64,000 nucleotides of DNA. It comes from Minisyncoccota bacterium. GTDB lineage: Bacteria > Patescibacteriota > Minisyncoccia > Phycocordibacterales > UBA2100. This document shows positions 8,668 through 19,680 of the stretch, piece after piece (positions within the stretch are counted from its first letter, which is position 1; every line of letters begins with the position of its first letter). The notes beneath the pieces were generated by a model. It had not been told where the DNA came from and did no database searches. It saw nothing but the letters and a program-made list of their open reading frames with translations. The stretch spans positions 125,945 to 189,944 of the forward strand of contig JAYWCB010000005.1 in NCBI GenBank assembly GCA_043780835.1. Direction: 5' to 3'. A program made the translations under genes and the position numbers.

Positions 8668-9426
8668 ATGCGTGGGCAAGCACTGCCAACCGAAGTCGTT
8701 TCGCTACTTCGATCCTCGGAAAGGCTTGAGAAACTTACCGGGGTTAGAAAAGCAGGCCAACTTATGGCCTTCTGCAATTCACTTCAGGAATCTGCCGCGC
8801 TGAAAATGTTTAGCAGTACAGATTGGTTTCAGATCAATACGCTTCCGGAGCGTATTTACGAATTGCTATTCTCTAGTGATCATGACGTTGCACGCGAAGC
8901 CGCATTTGTTTTGGTGGCAAACGCAACGAAATACTCGAACTGTTATCAGAACAGTAAGTGTTTTTTTGAATTGTCGCAGACAGAGCGCTCTGTCTTTGCC
9001 ACTCAGCTCCTTGAGCTTGTGGAAGATTTTGGGCTCGAATATGTAGTCCAAGGCGAGTTACATTATGACGGAGAAACTGAGGAGGATTACAAGATCAAGG
9101 GAACGTTTTGCTTCATGGATAGGCTGCACTTTAAAATTGACGATCTGCCACTTATCTTAAAAGAGCAGAAAGTATTCGATAACCACCTAAGTGTGGGAGT
9201 GCCTCCCGGTTCGGCTGGATGTGTAATTTCTCACGCAAGAATTGAACTGACCGCTCAAGACATCAAGGGCGGAGTCGTGGCCAAAGGTACTGCTAATCTG
9301 TCGACCTCAAAAGAGGATTGGCGAAACTATAACAGTCGGACCTTTCCTGTGGTTTTATACTTCAACAGGTCGGTGGACTGCATTGAACTCCCAATCATAG
9401 GCTTGCCTGAATTGGTAAAAACTTAG
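8668..9426 (+). CDS. hypothetical protein (252 aa)
   Basis: ORF with upstream promoter-like motif shared with 10113..10547. Confidence 0.45.
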   Translation: MRGQALPTEVVSLLRSSERLEKLTGVRKAGQLMAFCNSLQESAALKMFSSTDWFQINTLPERIYELLFSSDHDVAREAAFVLVANATKYSNCYQNSKCFFELSQTERSVFATQLLELVEDFGLEYVVQGELHYDGETEEDYKIKGTFCFMDRLHFKIDDLPLILKEQKVFDNHLSVGVPPGSAGCVISHARIELTAQDIKGGVVAKGTANLSTSKEDWRNYNSRTFPVVLYFNRSVDCIELPIIGLPELVKT

Positions 9427-9430
9427 ACTT

Positions 9431-9465
9431 AAAGCCGCCCTTCAAAAGGCGGTTTTTCTTTTGGT
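9431..9465 (+). terminator. rho-independent terminator
   Basis: AAAGCCGCC-loop-GGCGGTTTTTCTTTT. Confidence 0.5.
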
Positions 9466-9590
9466 TAGAATGTCTTAAACTAAAACCACTCGGATATAGT
9501 CCCACAATCCCAGCCAAGTTGAGCGTGGGTTTTTGGGCTCAGTCGGGTTGATAATAGTTCCAACTTTGTACCAAGCAACCTTCACCCTAT

Positions 9591-10004
9591 ATGTCAAAAG
9601 TAGAAGTAGCACTCATTTTGATAATGAACTCAAAAGGCGAGTTTTTCGTGCATCAACGCTTGGCGTCAAAAAAGAAATTTCCAAACAAATATGGAATAGG
9701 TGCGGGTGGTCATGTCGACGCAGGCGAGGTGCCACAAAACACTGCGGTAAGAGAGTTATTTGAAGAAACAGGATTAAAAACACTGGTGAAGTATTTGTTT
9801 ATGGAAGATTTTGATACTCCAGATTTCCAGCAAATTTCTCACGCATATATTACAGAAACTGATGACGCGCTGCAGACAGATAAGACCGAGTGGCAATGGT
9901 CGGGATGGATGAAGAAAGAAGAAGTTGACCGTCTTTTGATTGAGAATAAACTTTGTACGGACACAGGCGTCATTTATGAAAGGTATCTCCGGTCTCTTTC
10001 ATAG
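9591..10004 (+). CDS. NUDIX hydrolase
   Basis: Nudix box GGHVDAGEVPQNTAVRELFEETGL. Confidence 0.7.
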   Translation: MSKVEVALILIMNSKGEFFVHQRLASKKKFPNKYGIGAGGHVDAGEVPQNTAVRELFEETGLKTLVKYLFMEDFDTPDFQQISHAYITETDDALQTDKTEWQWSGWMKKEEVDRLLIENKLCTDTGVIYERYLRSLS

Positions 10005-10112
10005 TTGGTTCCAACTTCGTACATACACCCAGCTCGACATTCTTAATTTTCTATTGTAATGTACTTTTGTTCGGTTCTTTGAAACCGTTTTCATGTCCCA
10101 AAGGAACTGCTC

Positions 10113-10547
10113 ATGTCTAACCATGATCAGCTGACGGTCCGCGACATTCGTGGCCCGTACATGCAGCTTTTGACTAACCTCCAGGGTGAGAATGGCCGCG
10201 AGTGGCTTGATGCACTCAAGGTGTTCAATTCACGCAAAAACCCCTGGACTGAAAGCACTTCGAGCGAAGACGATTGTTGGCACAAAATCAATACTCTTGT
10301 GACAATAATGAAAGAGGGAAATCAGTTACATCAGGCTCTTCGATCGCTTGCGGGGGTATTGCAGCACTGGTTTTCAATTGCCAGCTCAACAGATGGCATT
10401 GAAAACTCTGCTTCGCTTGATTACATCATGCGCGCTGTTGAGGTTGCTATTGAAGATCTAGGTGTATATGAAAGTCGAAAAGGCTATATCATCGGAAATT
10501 TACAGCAAGGGCTTGATGGCTTAGAAAAGAATCTAAAAGGAACCTAA
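10113..10547 (+). CDS. hypothetical protein (144 aa)
   Basis: ORF; shares upstream AGCTCGACaTTCTTAA..TTGTAAT motif with 8668 gene. Confidence 0.45.
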   Translation: MSNHDQLTVRDIRGPYMQLLTNLQGENGREWLDALKVFNSRKNPWTESTSSEDDCWHKINTLVTIMKEGNQLHQALRSLAGVLQHWFSIASSTDGIENSASLDYIMRAVEVAIEDLGVYESRKGYIIGNLQQGLDGLEKNLKGT

Positions 10548-10552
10548 ATTTA

Positions 10553-10582
10553 GGCCCGCGTTAAGCGGGCCTTTTCCTTTCT
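10553..10582 (+). terminator. rho-independent terminator
   Basis: GGCCCGC-gttaa-GCGGGCC then TTTTCCTTTC. Confidence 0.55.
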
Positions 10583-10670
10583 AAAAAGTCTCTATTAAGT
10601 ACCATGTGTGAGCTAGTGACTTATACTCAATAGTTGTTATCTTTGAATCAGATCGCAACAGGAGGATATT

Positions 10671-11063
10671 GTGACAGAACCTACGGAGCAACGATGGCTC
10701 GTTAACGATAAAACGGTTTGGAAAAAGGCATGCCGACCGGCGATAGCAAAAATCCGCTATTATCTCGAAGGGTTTTTGGGAGGCGTCGGATCAGTTGACT
10801 GGATGGGTACATACTTTCTTATCACTCTACCCGGTACACCGTCGCAACTTCACTACGACCTCGATGAATTTCGACCTGAGCCCAGTAGGTACACCACCCG
10901 AGAAATTCATATCACTTTTCACTCCACGAACGGCCTAGTGGTTAGTTGTGCAGTGCAGGATAACTTTACGTTGCGTACCGCAGAGGCCATTTCACGGATG
11001 TTTTATGGCATTCAAGGATACGCAGATCTAGCTCTCGTCGAAAACCAAGAGAACCGTTCTTAA
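10671..11063 (+). CDS. hypothetical protein (130 aa), GTG start
   Basis: Strong SD (CAGGAGGATATTGTG) then ORF. Confidence 0.45.
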   Translation: MTEPTEQRWLVNDKTVWKKACRPAIAKIRYYLEGFLGGVGSVDWMGTYFLITLPGTPSQLHYDLDEFRPEPSRYTTREIHITFHSTNGLVVSCAVQDNFTLRTAEAISRMFYGIQGYADLALVENQENRS

Positions 11064-11496
11064 AATCCATATCTGCTGACAGCAGTACCGAAACAAAATC
11101 ACTCTTATTGAGTGATTTTGCTTTCGTTCCGTAACGTCATCAGCCTTGCGTGTATGGTTACGCAACAAGACCTGGGTGATTCACGATTGTCTCAACGGGG
11201 CAACCTTGTTTCGGATCAGTCTTGCCAATGCAAATTGCAACATTGGTGCTGATTGTTTTTCTCGCGTTACTTACTCGTTTTACATCCGCAGGAACATGAG
11301 CCATCAGCCTGTGTGTGTTCGTGATTGCAGCTTGAACAAGTACCAGATTTTGTATCCATAGTAGTTTAATTAGGTTGATATAAGCACTTCACATAGTGTC
11401 ATGCCCGTAATGTGATTTACATGAGGAATACTCAGGCACGCGCGGAAGGATTAAATCCCATTTTCCTATCCTCATCGACGTTCATGTGTATCACAT

Positions 11497-11513
11497 ACCC
11501 CTAGGGGGTATAC
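11497..11513. promoter_or_regulatory. CsoR-type operator (perfect palindrome ATACCCCTAGGGGGTAT)
   Basis: 17-bp perfect inverted repeat ~8 bp upstream of csoR start; matches the GC-rich CsoR box type (ATACCC.A.GGGGGTAT) of Bacillus copZA operators; overlaps a TATACT -10-like hexamer. Confidence 0.6.
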
Positions 11514-11520
11514 TGTGTGA

Positions 11521-11793
11521 GTGAGAGCAGATATTAAGCGCAAAACTATACGAAGGCTGAAGTTGATTGAAGGACAGGTGCGTGGCCTTCAGCGTATGGT
11601 TGAAGACGAAAAGTATTGCGTCGACATCATTATCCAAGCCTCTGCCATCAAGGAAGCGCTTTCCGGTGTCAAAGATCTGGTACTGGAGAATCATCTTTCT
11701 ACTCACGTCATCGAGCAGATTAAGGCCGGCAAAGAAAAGAAATCTGTAGACGAGATCCTTAAGATCTATAAGTTGGCGCAAAAGAAAAGATAA
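11521..11793 (+). CDS. csoR: CsoR/RcnR/FrmR-family copper-sensing transcriptional repressor
   Basis: RLKLIEGQVRGLQRMVEDEKYCVDIIIQ..H..C pattern typical of CsoR; GTG start. Confidence 0.75.
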   Translation: MRADIKRKTIRRLKLIEGQVRGLQRMVEDEKYCVDIIIQASAIKEALSGVKDLVLENHLSTHVIEQIKAGKEKKSVDEILKIYKLAQKKR

Positions 11794-11797
11794 ATCT

Positions 11798-13930
11798 ATG
11801 GATCACTCACATCACAACCATGGCGAGCATCATACAGATTCGACTGGAGAATCGTATAGCTGCCCCATGCACCCGGGAGTTGTGCAAGACAAACCAGGTA
11901 TGTGCCCCGAGTGCGGCATGAATCTTGTGCCTATAAAAAAGAAGTCGGCTGCGGAAATGAGTGAAATTAAGCACGTTGGTCACAACACCTTTTCATTTTT
12001 GCAGAAGTTCTGGATTTCACTTGCGCTCACCATACCCATCTTCTTTTACTCAGAAATGGCGCTATCGGTCTTTGGAATTCACGGACCTGAGTTCCCCGGA
12101 TGGCAGTACGTACTACTCTTGCTCGGATCAGCTGTATTTTTTTACTGTGGATGGATCTTTCTTAGTAGTGCATACCGTGAGCTTCGGGCACGGATGCCGG
12201 GAATGATGACGCTGATCGCACTTGCGATCATTGCGGCATATCTGTATAGCTTCTTCTCTATCATCCTTGGAACGGGTCACGATTTGCTTTTTGAACTCTC
12301 AACACTGATAGCCATTATGCTTCTTGGCCACTGGATCGAGATGCGCTCGGTGCAAGGTGCCAAAGGAGCTCTTAAAGAACTAGCTAAACTTCTCCCCGAT
12401 ACCGCAGACGTAATCCGCAACGGTAAAACCGAAACTGTCTCACTGAGCGACCTGCGTGCAGGCGATAAAGTGCTCGTTAAACCGGGTGCAAAAATTCCGG
12501 CTGACGGACGAATTGTTGAAGGACAGTCAGAAATAAACGAGGCAATTATCACCGGAGAATCGAAACCTGTTTCTAGAACGACGGGAGCACAAGTTATAGC
12601 TGGCTCTATTAATGGAGACGGAAGCCTCACGGTTGAAGTAACACATATTGGCGACAAGACTTTTCTGGCAGGAATCATGCGACTTGTCGCTGATGCCGAA
12701 GCGTCTAAATCCAAATTGCAGATGCTCTCGGATCGAGCAGCGTTTTATCTCACCATTATTGCGATTGTCGCAGGAGTCACAACATTTATTGCATGGCTCT
12801 TGGCAAACGCAGGCGTAGGAACTGCTACAGAGCGTCTTGTCGCTGTTCTCGTCATTACGTGTCCTCACGCCCTGGGTCTAGCAATTCCGCTCGTTGCGTC
12901 GATCTCTACGACCATGGCTGCACGAAATGGACTCTTAGTGCGCCGCCGCATGGCTCTGGAAGAAGCCCGAAATATTAATACGGTTTTATTTGATAAGACA
13001 GGCACCCTGACTAAGGGAGAATTTGGCATAGACGCGATTGTTGCAAACGAAGGTGTTACGGAGGAGCAAGTCCTCAAAACGGCCGCCTCAGTCAATAGTC
13101 AATCAGAACATCCATTGGCTAGTGCAATGGTCAAAGAGGCGCAAAAAAGAAACATCGCTTTGATTGGTATAAAAGACTTTGCACGTATTGGAGGCCGCGG
13201 CGCAAAGGCGCAGATGGAAAATAGCGAAGTGTATGTTGGCAACGAATCTTTTCTTGCAGAAAATAATATACAAGTACCATCAGAGTATCAAAACAAAATA
13301 GATATCCTCTCAAAACAAGGAAAAACGGTGATATTTGTTGTCGTTGATAAAAAACTCATCGGTAGCATCGCGCTTGCCGACGTTATTCGAGAAGAGTCAC
13401 GAGAAGCAATTAAAACCCTTAAGGCTCTTGGTATTCGTACCGCTATGGTTACGGGCGATTCCGAAGATGTTGCCGCGTGGGTAGCCAAGGAAATAGGTAT
13501 TGATGAATATTTTGCAAAAGTCATGCCTGACCAAAAGGCAGAAAAAGTAAAACTTCTGCAAAGCAAAGGCCAAAAAGTAGCTATGGTCGGCGACGGGGTG
13601 AATGATGCGCCCGCGCTTACGCAAGCAGACCTTGGTATAGCAATCGGTGCAGGTACAAATGTTGCGATTGAGTCAGCGGGAATTATCCTCGTAAAAAGTG
13701 ATCCTCGCGATATCACGAAAATCTTTAACCTATCGCGCCTTACCTACAACAAGATGATCCAAAATCTTTTCTGGGCTACAGGCTACAACGTCGTGGCGAT
13801 TCCCTTGGCTGCCGGAACGCTCGCGTCGTACGGAATCATTCTGCAACCCGCACTTGCTGCCGTGTTTATGTCAGTAAGTACCGTGATAGTTGCATTCAAC
13901 GCAGTGCTATTGAGACGACAAAAAATCTAG
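11798..13930 (+). CDS. copB: copper-translocating P1B-type ATPase, CPH (CopB/P1B-3-like) subtype with His-rich and CxxC N-terminus
   Basis: N-terminus MDHSHHNHGEHH + YSCPMHPGV..CPECGM; TM CPH motif (ITCPHALGLA); DKTGTLT, TGD, GDGVNDAP motifs. Confidence 0.85.
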   Translation: MDHSHHNHGEHHTDSTGESYSCPMHPGVVQDKPGMCPECGMNLVPIKKKSAAEMSEIKHVGHNTFSFLQKFWISLALTIPIFFYSEMALSVFGIHGPEFPGWQYVLLLLGSAVFFYCGWIFLSSAYRELRARMPGMMTLIALAIIAAYLYSFFSIILGTGHDLLFELSTLIAIMLLGHWIEMRSVQGAKGALKELAKLLPDTADVIRNGKTETVSLSDLRAGDKVLVKPGAKIPADGRIVEGQSEINEAIITGESKPVSRTTGAQVIAGSINGDGSLTVEVTHIGDKTFLAGIMRLVADAEASKSKLQMLSDRAAFYLTIIAIVAGVTTFIAWLLANAGVGTATERLVAVLVITCPHALGLAIPLVASISTTMAARNGLLVRRRMALEEARNINTVLFDKTGTLTKGEFGIDAIVANEGVTEEQVLKTAASVNSQSEHPLASAMVKEAQKRNIALIGIKDFARIGGRGAKAQMENSEVYVGNESFLAENNIQVPSEYQNKIDILSKQGKTVIFVVVDKKLIGSIALADVIREESREAIKTLKALGIRTAMVTGDSEDVAAWVAKEIGIDEYFAKVMPDQKAEKVKLLQSKGQKVAMVGDGVNDAPALTQADLGIAIGAGTNVAIESAGIILVKSDPRDITKIFNLSRLTYNKMIQNLFWATGYNVVAIPLAAGTLASYGIILQPALAAVFMSVSTVIVAFNAVLLRRQKI

Positions 13931-13963
13931 TATGGCAAATTACTCGCAAAGAATTCTTAAAAT

Positions 13964-16543
13964 ATGAATACCGAAAAACTTACAGAACGCTCGCGAGAGG
14001 CACTAGAGAGAGCGCTTGATATCGCACACAGCGCGCGGCATTCGAGCATTGAACCGATGCATCTCCTTGCCGCTCTTCTTGAGCAGAACGATACGGTGGT
14101 TCGCCCTCTTATTGAAAGTCTGAAAATTGATGTTGAGGGACTCCGCGATACGGTAGCAGCAGCACTTAGTCACTTGCCCATTCTCCAACACGACACGTCG
14201 CCGAGGCTCTCGCCCGAATTACAGCAGGTGCTAGAAAAAAGCGTTACAGAAGCTGGGGCACTTTCGGACAGCTATGTAAGCACCGAACATCTGCTCCTTG
14301 CAATTCTCGACGTTGCAAGCAATACAAAGGTGATTTTGAACGAACTTGGTGCGCGATACGCAGATATTAAGAGCAATCTTCCGAAAGTCCGCGGCGCGGG
14401 CAACGTACATGATCCAAATCCTGAAACAAAATATAATGTATTAAAAAAATACGGACAGGATTTTACAGAACTCGCTCGTCAGGGAAAACTCGATCCAGTC
14501 ATCGGGCGAGATGACGAGATCCGTCGCGTGATGCAGGTGCTTTCACGCCGCCGCAAGAACAATCCGGTCCTTATCGGAGAACCCGGCGTTGGTAAGACGG
14601 CAATTGTCGAGGGGCTGGCGCAACGGATAGTTTCGGGAGACGTACCTGATTCGCTCAAGAATAAGCAGCTACTTGGCCTTGAGATCGCATCGCTGCTTGC
14701 TGGCGCAAAGTTTCGTGGAGAGTTTGAGGAGCGTCTACAGGCGGTGCTCAAGGAGGTGGAGAAAGCGGAAGGAAGCATCATCTTGTTTGTCGACGAATTG
14801 CACACGATTGTTGGCGCTGGAAAAGCGGACGGCGCGGTCGATGCAGCAAACATGCTCAAGCCACTTCTTGCACGCGGGAAACTTCATATGATCGGCGCAA
14901 CAACCTTGAACGAATATCGCCAATACATCGAAAAAGACCAGGCGCTTGAGCGAAGGTTCCAGCCAGTATTCGTCGGGGAGCCGTCTATAGAAGACACTAT
15001 CGCAATATTGCGGGGTCTCAAGGAGAAATACGAAGTGCATCACGGCGTAAAGATTACGGACGAGGCCCTCGTAGCCGCCGCACGGCTCTCTGAGCGGTAC
15101 ATCACCGAGCGATTCCTGCCGGACAAAGCGGTAGATCTTATAGACGAAGCAACGTCAACGCTTAAGATGGAAATTGAGACCATGCCTATTGATCTTGATG
15201 CGATGCATCGCAAGATCTTGAAGTTTCAGATAGAAAAGGAGGCGCTCAAGAAGGAAAAGGGCGCCGAGAGCAAAAGCCGACTCCAAGAGGTCGAAAAAGG
15301 CATCGCGTCACTCAAAGAAGAATTCGACGGGAAAAAGGTTCGATGGGAAAAGCAGCGGGAGCTTGTAAGGAAACTTCGAGCACTTTCAAAAGACATCGAC
15401 GAGTTACGAATACAAATGGAGCGGGCGGAACGCTCCGGCGATCTCTCCCGCGCGGCCGAGATCCAATACGCTACGCTTCCCGAAAAGCAGAAGGCGATCA
15501 AGAATGTAGAGAAAGAAATTAGCGCTATTCCGGAAGCAGAGCGCTTGGTCCGCGAAGAAGTAACCGAAGAAGATATTGCTCGCATGGTGGCACGCTGGAC
15601 AGGGATACCTGTTTCGAAACTTTTAGAAACCGAATCGCACAAATTGGCTCACCTCGAGGAAGAGCTCTCGAAGCGCGTGGTGGGACAGGAAAAAGCGCTG
15701 TCCGCAGTGGCGCGCGCGATCCGTCGCGCACGAGCTGGCCTCAAATCGAAAGGTCACCCTATCGGCTCATTCCTATTTCTCGGCCCTACGGGCGTGGGAA
15801 AGACTGAATTATCACGAGCGCTCGCGGAAATTCTTTTTGATAACGAAGACGCGGTCGTTCGGATAGACATGAGTGAATATATGGAACGTCACTCTGTGTC
15901 CCGGCTCATCGGAGCTCCGCCCGGGTATGTCGGATATGAAGAAGGAGGTCAGCTTACCGAGCCGATACGACGACGTCCCTATGCGGTCATACTTATCGAT
16001 GAAATTGAAAAGGCACATCCCGATGTCTTCAACGTCCTCTTGCAGGTATTGGATGCGGGCAGACTCACCGATGGTCAGGGTCGTACCGTCAATTTCACAA
16101 ACACGCTTATTATCATGACCTCCAATCTGGGAAGCGAGTTGCTGCTCGAAGAGAAAAACGGAAAAGACGTTGAACGCGATGTAATGGCCATTGTCCGAAA
16201 AAATTTCAGACCGGAGTTCTTAAATCGCATCGATGAGATCGTTTTCTTCAACGCTCTCGACAAAGCGGTACTGAAAGAAATCGTCACACTTCAAGTCAGC
16301 GAGCTTCTCCGGCTGCTTCTGGAAGAAAAGAGAATCATCCTTGATGCAGATAGCTCCGTGTACGACCTGTTACTCAAAAAAGGATACGACCCGGCATTTG
16401 GGGCTCGTCCGCTCAAGCGAGCCATACAAACGGAACTCATGGACACGCTTGCTATGGCGATCATTGATGGTTCTATCGCCGAAGGTGATCGGGTCAAGGC
16501 GACGGTGGATAAGGGGGGTGAAATTATCTTCAAGAAAAAATAA
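13964..16543 (+). CDS. clpB: ATP-dependent chaperone ClpB
   Basis: 859 aa, two AAA+ modules (GEPGVGKT; GPTGVGKT), coiled-coil middle domain, ClpB N-domain. Confidence 0.9.
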   Translation: MNTEKLTERSREALERALDIAHSARHSSIEPMHLLAALLEQNDTVVRPLIESLKIDVEGLRDTVAAALSHLPILQHDTSPRLSPELQQVLEKSVTEAGALSDSYVSTEHLLLAILDVASNTKVILNELGARYADIKSNLPKVRGAGNVHDPNPETKYNVLKKYGQDFTELARQGKLDPVIGRDDEIRRVMQVLSRRRKNNPVLIGEPGVGKTAIVEGLAQRIVSGDVPDSLKNKQLLGLEIASLLAGAKFRGEFEERLQAVLKEVEKAEGSIILFVDELHTIVGAGKADGAVDAANMLKPLLARGKLHMIGATTLNEYRQYIEKDQALERRFQPVFVGEPSIEDTIAILRGLKEKYEVHHGVKITDEALVAAARLSERYITERFLPDKAVDLIDEATSTLKMEIETMPIDLDAMHRKILKFQIEKEALKKEKGAESKSRLQEVEKGIASLKEEFDGKKVRWEKQRELVRKLRALSKDIDELRIQMERAERSGDLSRAAEIQYATLPEKQKAIKNVEKEISAIPEAERLVREEVTEEDIARMVARWTGIPVSKLLETESHKLAHLEEELSKRVVGQEKALSAVARAIRRARAGLKSKGHPIGSFLFLGPTGVGKTELSRALAEILFDNEDAVVRIDMSEYMERHSVSRLIGAPPGYVGYEEGGQLTEPIRRRPYAVILIDEIEKAHPDVFNVLLQVLDAGRLTDGQGRTVNFTNTLIIMTSNLGSELLLEEKNGKDVERDVMAIVRKNFRPEFLNRIDEIVFFNALDKAVLKEIVTLQVSELLRLLLEEKRIILDADSSVYDLLLKKGYDPAFGARPLKRAIQTELMDTLAMAIIDGSIAEGDRVKATVDKGGEIIFKKK

Positions 16544-16545
16544 TA

Positions 16546-16958
16546 TGGATACGTTTCTAACCCAAAAACAACAGATCGTGGTACGAGGACTTCTTGAAGA
16601 TTCCGGCGAAATTCTGATTACTGTAGACCAAAGATATGCACCATCATATTTAGAGTATTACAACCTACCGGGAGGAGTGGTTCCATTCGGTCGCGAACCT
16701 GCCGAAGTTCTTCAAGATATCTTTTTTGAACAAACGCATGTTCGCGTAAAGGTAGATGCACCGCTGCGCACCATAAACAGGATCCTTGATCGTGGTAGCA
16801 GCCAGATACTTGAGATCATTTACCGTGTGGAGAAACAGGAAATTCAGAGCGTTGCATCGCAAAAGTCGCAATGTCTTTGGGTACAGATTGATGAGAGAGG
16901 ATATTTCTTGTCCAGCTGTATTTCAGAGACGCTCAGTGACTTCAGAAAAGAAAAGTAA
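16546..16958 (+). CDS. NUDIX-fold-like protein with degenerate Nudix box
   Basis: Starts right after clpB stop; LPGGVVPFGREPAEVLQDIFFEQT resembles the Nudix box but lacks REx2EE glutamates; table ORF 16341.. is an over-extended start inside clpB. Confidence 0.4.
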
Positions 16959-16974
16959 GCCGAAATAGTATTCT

Positions 16975-17724
16975 ATGGATCCTTCAATGATAATGACAAA
17001 TACGAATAAAAGCGGTTCGTTTTTGGACACCGCGCTTGTCATTTGGTTTATTCTTACTGCGATCTCGGTGGTCTACGTTGCATGGGATGCGTATCACAAT
17101 AATCCCGAGTTGAAAGTAATGCGTGTTGGATGGATTCTCGTAACCGCATACACAGGAGTCATCGGTGCCGCCTTGTATGTGCTGTCTTGCAAACCGCCTA
17201 AGGTTAGTGAGCACGAGAAATTTATTGCACCTGTATGGAAACAGTCGCTTGGTTCCACAATTCATTGCATGGCAGGAGATGCGACTGGAATCATAGTTGC
17301 GGCAGTCATTACGGTGGCGCTGGGGCTACCAATGTATCTCGATGTAGTCTCAGAGTACTTTTTTGGGTTCGCCTTTGGCCTGCTTATCTTCCAAGCGTTG
17401 TTTATGCAAAAAATGCTTGGTGGCAGTTACGTCGCAGCAGTAAAGAAATCTTTTATGCCCGAATGGCTCTCCATGAATGCAGTCATGGCAGGCATGATAC
17501 CCGTGATGGTTATTCTCATGAGTTCGGACATGAGAGCAATGGAGGCAACGGACATCAGGTTTTGGGGTGTGATGTCTTTGGCGACCTTGGTTGGACTTGT
17601 CATCGCGTACCCCATCAATTGGTGGCTCGTAGCCAATAAGCTAAAGCATGGCATGGGAACAGAAGCAGTGATCGGCAAAGGAGGAGAAAAGCAGAGTGTA
17701 AATCAAAGTGGCATGCAAATGTAA
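16975..17724 (+). CDS. DUF4396-like membrane protein
   Basis: Multi-TM with GSTIHCMAGDATG motif; sits in copper gene array. Confidence 0.45.
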   Translation: MDPSMIMTNTNKSGSFLDTALVIWFILTAISVVYVAWDAYHNNPELKVMRVGWILVTAYTGVIGAALYVLSCKPPKVSEHEKFIAPVWKQSLGSTIHCMAGDATGIIVAAVITVALGLPMYLDVVSEYFFGFAFGLLIFQALFMQKMLGGSYVAAVKKSFMPEWLSMNAVMAGMIPVMVILMSSDMRAMEATDIRFWGVMSLATLVGLVIAYPINWWLVANKLKHGMGTEAVIGKGGEKQSVNQSGMQM

Positions 17725-17753
17725 CTTATAAATTAATAAATATAGATAAGAAT

Positions 17754-17981
17754 ATGAAAAAAAACGAAACAATGAACTCGCTAGCAAGCAAAACTGAAGC
17801 TGCATTCGACAAGGCTTTTATCGTGGCAATGACGGCGCACCACAACGAAGCAATTGCAATGGCTAAAATTGCGGAGAAGAAAAGTAAACGCAAGGAAATA
17901 CTAAAACTTGCAAAAAATATTATTACAGCTCAGTCGAAGGAAAATGCACAAATGAAAGTATGGAAATCTGAGTGGAAATAG
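17754..17981 (+). CDS. DUF305-like small protein (paralog of 2312..2536)
   Basis: FDKAFIVAMTAHHNEAIAMA...MKVWKSEWK; immediately upstream of multicopper oxidase. Confidence 0.55.
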   Translation: MKKNETMNSLASKTEAAFDKAFIVAMTAHHNEAIAMAKIAEKKSKRKEILKLAKNIITAQSKENAQMKVWKSEWK

Positions 17982-17991
17982 TCTGCTAAAG

Positions 17992-19677
17992 ATGGCGAGA
18001 AAAATGAAACGTAATATGAAAAACAAAGCAATGAAAATGAAAAAAGGAAATGTGACGAGGGCGCAGCTCATGGCGGTGACGGTGCTATCTCTCGCAGCGC
18101 TCACTATCGGCGTATTCATCTCTGGAATCTTTGGCAACTTCTCCATGCGTCCAGGTGACATGAGCGGCACTCAACGGGGTCCTTTTTCGCAATCTACTAC
18201 AGGTCTTAGAGAGGCAACCTCTTCTGAAGTGGTTGAGCTAAAAAATGGCTACACCTACAGTCTCACCGCATCTATCGTGAAAAAAGTAATCGGTGAGACA
18301 GCAGTAAAAATGCTCGCATATAACGGCATGATCCCGGGACCGCTGCTAAAGATTCCTCAAGGTGCGGAAATTACGGTGAATTTCAAAAACGAGACTGATG
18401 TTCCAACCACACTTCACTCTCACGGTATCCGCTTGGAAAATGCCAATGATGGTACGCCTCCGATAACGCAAAAGGAGGTACCGCCAGGCGGCTCTTTTAC
18501 GTACAAGATCAAATTCCCCGATGCTGGGATGTACTGGTACCATCCGCATGTACGCGAAGATTATGCACAAGAACTCGGCCTCTACGGAAATTATTTAGTG
18601 ACGCCGGCGAGCCCGAACTATTGGAATCCTGTCAATCGCGAAATGCCCCTCATTCTTGATGATATTTTAATTGAAAATGGTGCAATTGCCGCTTTCGATA
18701 GAAAAACAGCAGATCGCACGCTTATGGGCCGGTATGGAAATACCTTTCTAATCAATGGCGACGATCGCTACAGTCTGCAAGCAAAAACAGGAGAAGTGAT
18801 CCGCTTTTATGTCACGAACACTGCTAATGCCAGGCCATTTAACTTCGCTATATCGGGAGCAAAAATAAAACTCGTCGGAAGCGATAGTGGTGCATATGAA
18901 AAAGACCAGTGGATCGACGCCGTAACGCTGGGACCATCAGAGCGTGCCGTAGTAGAAGTACTATTCGATAAAGCTGGAACATATGCGATTCAAAACAAGA
19001 CACCGGATATAACGAATCAACTTGGCACCGTGATTGTCTCAGGAAGTCCGATCACCCCATCGTATGCACGCTCCTTTGCAACCCTTGCGACTCACATAGA
19101 TGTTGTTAAAAGCATCGACCACTTCCGAGCGGATTTCAGCAAACTGCCGGACAAGCAACTCAAGCTAACTGTGGACTTAAAGGGCGCTATGTCGAGCATG
19201 ATGAACAGCGGAAACAGCATGGCCGGGATGGATATGAGTGGAGGCTCGATGGCGATGGGGGCGCCAAAAGACGGCATCGAATGGGACGACACGAGCGGAG
19301 GTATGGGACAGATGAATCAGATGTCGAATGCAGATACCGTTGCGTGGAAAATAGTTGATACGGGAACTGGTAAGGAAAATATGAACATCGATTGGAACTT
19401 TAAAGTCGGTGACAAAGTAAAAATACGAATCACGAATGACCCGAACTCACCGCATCCGATGCAACACCCCATACACTTCCATGGCCAACGATTTTTGGTA
19501 CTTGATCGCAATGGTGTCGAACAAACGGATCTCGTATGGAAAGACACGGTACTTGTTCCTTCAGGTCAGTATGTCGATATTCTCCTTGATGCGTCCAACC
19601 CTGGCACATGGATGGCGCACTGTCACATCGCAGAGCACCTTGAGGCGGGCATGATGTTTAGCTTTACGGTCAAATAA
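17992..19677 (+). CDS. multicopper oxidase (CueO/laccase-like) with Met-rich segment
   Basis: HSHGIRL, WYHPH, HPIHFHG, HCHIAEHLEAGMM copper-site motifs; Met-rich MSSMMNSGNSMAGMDMSGGSMAMG insert; N-terminal signal/TM. Confidence 0.85.
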   Translation: MARKMKRNMKNKAMKMKKGNVTRAQLMAVTVLSLAALTIGVFISGIFGNFSMRPGDMSGTQRGPFSQSTTGLREATSSEVVELKNGYTYSLTASIVKKVIGETAVKMLAYNGMIPGPLLKIPQGAEITVNFKNETDVPTTLHSHGIRLENANDGTPPITQKEVPPGGSFTYKIKFPDAGMYWYHPHVREDYAQELGLYGNYLVTPASPNYWNPVNREMPLILDDILIENGAIAAFDRKTADRTLMGRYGNTFLINGDDRYSLQAKTGEVIRFYVTNTANARPFNFAISGAKIKLVGSDSGAYEKDQWIDAVTLGPSERAVVEVLFDKAGTYAIQNKTPDITNQLGTVIVSGSPITPSYARSFATLATHIDVVKSIDHFRADFSKLPDKQLKLTVDLKGAMSSMMNSGNSMAGMDMSGGSMAMGAPKDGIEWDDTSGGMGQMNQMSNADTVAWKIVDTGTGKENMNIDWNFKVGDKVKIRITNDPNSPHPMQHPIHFHGQRFLVLDRNGVEQTDLVWKDTVLVPSGQYVDILLDASNPGTWMAHCHIAEHLEAGMMFSFTVK

Positions 19678-19680
19678 TGT

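Noticed and set aside
11146-11361. 71-aa ORF in the csoR upstream region
   Set aside because: It has no RBS and an odd composition. The region looks regulatory (palindromes, CsoR box).
12277-13716. Minus-strand ORFs of 145, 113 and 142 aa inside copB
   Set aside because: They are antisense to a complete P-type ATPase with all motifs. Their composition is low complexity.
14900-14920. REP-like fragment CCTTGAACGAATATCG inside clpB
   Set aside because: It is a partial match only. It lies inside a conserved coding region and is likely chance.
14479-16533. Minus-strand ORFs of 126, 102, 138 and 80 aa inside clpB
   Set aside because: They are antisense shadows of clpB. They are Ser/Arg-rich.
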